A stretch of DNA of 63,791 nucleotides, counting the filler. It is 15 parts of 15 records of this genome, joined end to end, with 100 filler letters (N's around TTAATTAATTAA, not from the genome) between each part and the next. Parts side by side here need not be neighbours in the genome. Positions count along the whole stretch, not along the records: positions 60,802 to 63,791 come from SRR11831586_2168; 14 more parts are not named here. One strand, written 5' to 3'. Both the position numbers and the translations under genes were made by a program. The notes below the pieces were generated by a model that was not told the origin of the DNA, did not search any database, and was given only the letters and a program-made list of their open reading frames with translations. Below, in pieces: positions 61,105 to 63,791 of this stretch (its first letter is position 1; every line of letters begins with the position of its first letter).

Positions 61105-63532
61105 TTATATTTTTTCGATCTCGACCAGATTAGTGTGCTGCGGGTTTCCCTTCGCCAGTGGTGAAGGGCGCAGAGTGGTTAGCGTATTCACACAGCCGCC
61201 ATGGTCGATTTTATCGCCAGACATATTGGCCTCGTGCCAGGCTCCCTGGCCCATAGCGCTAACTCCAGGGAGAATACGTGGTGTTACTTTGGCTGGTAGC
61301 CGAACTTCGCCACGATGGTTAAACACCCGCACCATATCGCCGTTGGCAATCCCACGTTTCTGCGCATCTATAGGGTTGATCCACACCTCCTGACGGCAGG
61401 CAGCCTTCAGGAGATCAATATTGCCGTAGGTCGAGTGAGTACGGGATTTGTAATGGAAACCAAACAGTTGCAGTGGGAAGGTTCTACGTTCAGGGGAGTT
61501 CCAGCCTTCAAAGGTTGAGGCATAAACTGGCAATGGGCTTATCACTTCATCTTTTTCCAGTTCCCAGGTACGGGCAATTTCCGCCAGCCTGCTGGAATAA
61601 ATTTCAATCTTACCGGAAGGCGTTTTAAGTGGATTTGCCTCGGGGTCGTCACGAAATGCTTTGTAGGCGACAAAATGGCCATTGGGATCTTTACGCTTAT
61701 AGATACCCATTTTTTTCAGTTCGTCGTAAGACGGTAACGCCGGATCTTTGGCAAGCATTTTGGCGTACAGATGTTGTAACCATTGTTCCTGCGTGCGACC
61801 TTCTGTGAACTTTTGATAGACGTCAGGTCCAAGACGTTTCGCGACTTCACTCAGGATCCAGTAAATCGGTTTGCGTTCGAATTTTTCGCTGGTGACAGGC
61901 TGGAGGAAAATGAGATATCCCATGTTACCGGCGTAGTCGTTAGGAATAATATCTTCCTGCTCAACGGTCATCAGGTCTGGCAGCAGAATGTCGGCATATT
62001 TTGCCGATGAGGTCATAAAGTTTTCGATGACCACAATCATTTCGCATTTCGATTCGTCCTGCAGAATTTCATGCGTTTTGTTGATGTCAGAATGCTGATT
62101 AACGAGGGTATTTCCCGCGTAGTTCCAGATGAACTTAATGGGCACATCCAGTTTATCTTTGCCGCGGACGCCGTCGCGGAATTGCCGTCATTTGCGGACC
62201 ATGATCGATAGCATCTGTCCAGCTGAAGCAGGAGATTGACGTTTTGACCGGATTATCCAGCACCGGCAGGCGTTCTATGGTAATGGTATAGGTCGATTCA
62301 CGCGCGCCACTATTTCCGCCGCTGATGCCGACATTGCCCGTCAAAATAGGTAACATAGCAATAGCGCGTGCAGTCAGTTCGCCGTTTGCCTGGCGTTGTG
62401 GCCCCCAGCCCTGGCAGATATAAGCGGGTTTTGCTGTGCCAATTTCACGCGCCAGTTTGATGATACGGTCCTCCGGGATACCGGTAATTTGCGAAGCCCA
62501 CTGCGGCGTTTTCGCTGTTTTATCGTCACCTTCACCAAGAATATAGGCTTTATAGTGACCATTTTTGGGTGCATCTGCGGGTAAGGTTTTTTCGTCATAG
62601 CCGACGCAGTATTTATCGAGAAAAGGTTGATCAACGAGATTTTCGTTAATCAATACCCAGGCAATACCCGCAACCAGCGCGGCATCGGTGCCCGGGCGAA
62701 TAGGGAGCCATTCGTCTTCACGACCGGCAGCCGTATCGGTATATCGCGGATCGATAACAATCATTTTGGCGTTCGATTTCTCGCGCGCTTTTTCAAGAAG
62801 ATAAGTGATGCCACCACCGCTCATGCGGGTTTCTGCCGGGTTGTTACCAAACATCACGACCAGCTTGCTGTTTTCAATATCCGTGGTGCTGTTGCCATCA
62901 TTACTGCCGTAGGTGTAGGGCATGGCACAGGAAATTTGCGCAGTGCTGTAGGAGCCATACTGGTTGAGTGAACCGCCGTAGCAGTTCATCAGGCGTTTGA
63001 CCGCCGAGGCTGATGGCGAAGAGCGGGTCATATTGCCGCCAACGATCCCCGAAGAGTACTGAATATATACAGCCTCATTGCCATATTGTTCGACGGTTTT
63101 CTTCAGGCTACTGGCGATAGTATCCAGGGCTTCATCCCAGCTAATCCGTTCGAATTTGCCTTCGCCGCGTTTGCCCACGCGTTTCATTGGGTAATTCAAG
63201 CGATCGGGATGATTAATACGCCGGCGGATGGAGCGACCGCGCAAACAGGCGCGTACCTGATGGTTGCCGTACTCATCGCTGCCGGTATTGTCAGTTTCCA
63301 CCCAGGTCACTTCATTATCTTTAACATGTAGACGAAGTGCACAGCGGCTACCACAGTTGACGGAACAGGCACCCCAGACCACTTTTTCGCGGGCCTGTTG
63401 TACCGCTGCTGCTGCATTGCGCAGGGTAAACGGCAAAGAAAAACCGCCTGCAGCCAGCGCCAGAGAACCTATCGCGGTAGATTTAACGAGTGTTCTGCGG
63501 CTGATGCCCACCATTCGTTCATTTTTGGACAT
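61105..63532 (-). CDS. ynfE: Selenate/DMSO reductase-like YnfE, split by a +1 frameshift at 62180-62181 (probable sequencing error)
   Basis: Tat signal SRRTLVK; CSVNCGSRC; halves join as TAIRDGVRGKDKLDVPIKF; span 2428 = 3n+1. Confidence 0.93.
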
Positions 63533-63608
63533 AACTCACTCCCTGTTCTTTATCGTTATATAAAAGTTTATATATTGAATATTTAGCGCGCTAACAATAG
63601 AGGGAGTC

Positions 63609-63645
63609 TACCCATTTTGGGTTAAGAATTATTAATCCATATCAA
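63609..63645 (-). promoter_or_regulatory. FNR site and NarL-like heptamers upstream of ynfE
   Basis: TTGATATGGATTAA (63645-63632) against the TTGAT-N4-ATCAA consensus; TACCCAT-TT-TGGGTTA at 63609-63624. Confidence 0.65.
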
Positions 63646-63691
63646 TAGAAGGGTATGAGTAATAAGGTGGGATTATGTTGTATGTTCAAAT

Positions 63692-63714
63692 CGCCGGATT
63701 TGTCATATCCGGCG
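63692..63714 (-). terminator. Hairpin after ynfD
   Basis: CGCCGGAT-TTGTCAT-ATCCGGCG. Confidence 0.6.
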
Positions 63715-63730
63715 TTCAGTCGATAATGTG

Positions 63731-63791
63731 TTACTGCGGTTCGGCAGGCGCGCCATCCTGGCTAGACTGCGCGGGAGCAGAGACGTTACCG
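63731..63791 (-). CDS. ynfD: YnfD (3' end)
   Basis: GNVSAPAQSSQDGAPAEPQ*; synteny with ynfE. Confidence 0.75.
   Translation of the reverse strand, partial: GNVSAPAQSSQDGAPAEPQ

Overview
This is not a contiguous locus. It is a pseudomolecule of 15 short contigs joined by 14 identical 100-nt spacers (44 N + TTAATTAATTAA + 44 N). Fourteen contigs are recognisable, unlinked pieces of an Escherichia coli K-12-type chromosome: pepA-lptFG, pxpBCA-nei-abrB-ybgOP, sutR-ydcO-IS609-ydcL-tehB, gmk-rpoZ-spoT-trmH-recG, argU-sfm, rplY-radD-rsuA, hupA-rsd-thiCEFSGH, ydiMN, hyfE-focB, sufABCD, gatCDR::IS3, ylbEF-ybcF, rodZ-ispG-hisS-yfgM-bamB and ynfDEF. One contig (46323-48389) is not E. coli and looks eukaryotic. 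It carries a 5'-truncated JmjC-domain gene on +. Converging on it is the last exon of a Vip1/PPIP5K inositol-pyrophosphate kinase, which the ORF track hides because of an intron and a 1-nt frameshift; this gene appears to end without the usual phosphatase domain. Other leads are a complete 1748-bp IS609 with an intact TnpB but a dead TnpA, whose predicted guide is antisense to the ydcO 3' end; a probably damaging ThiE G129R substitution; and five single-base A/T overcall frameshifts typical of pyrosequencing error. I found no convincing new prokaryotic system. All comparisons to reference sequences are from memory and need alignment.
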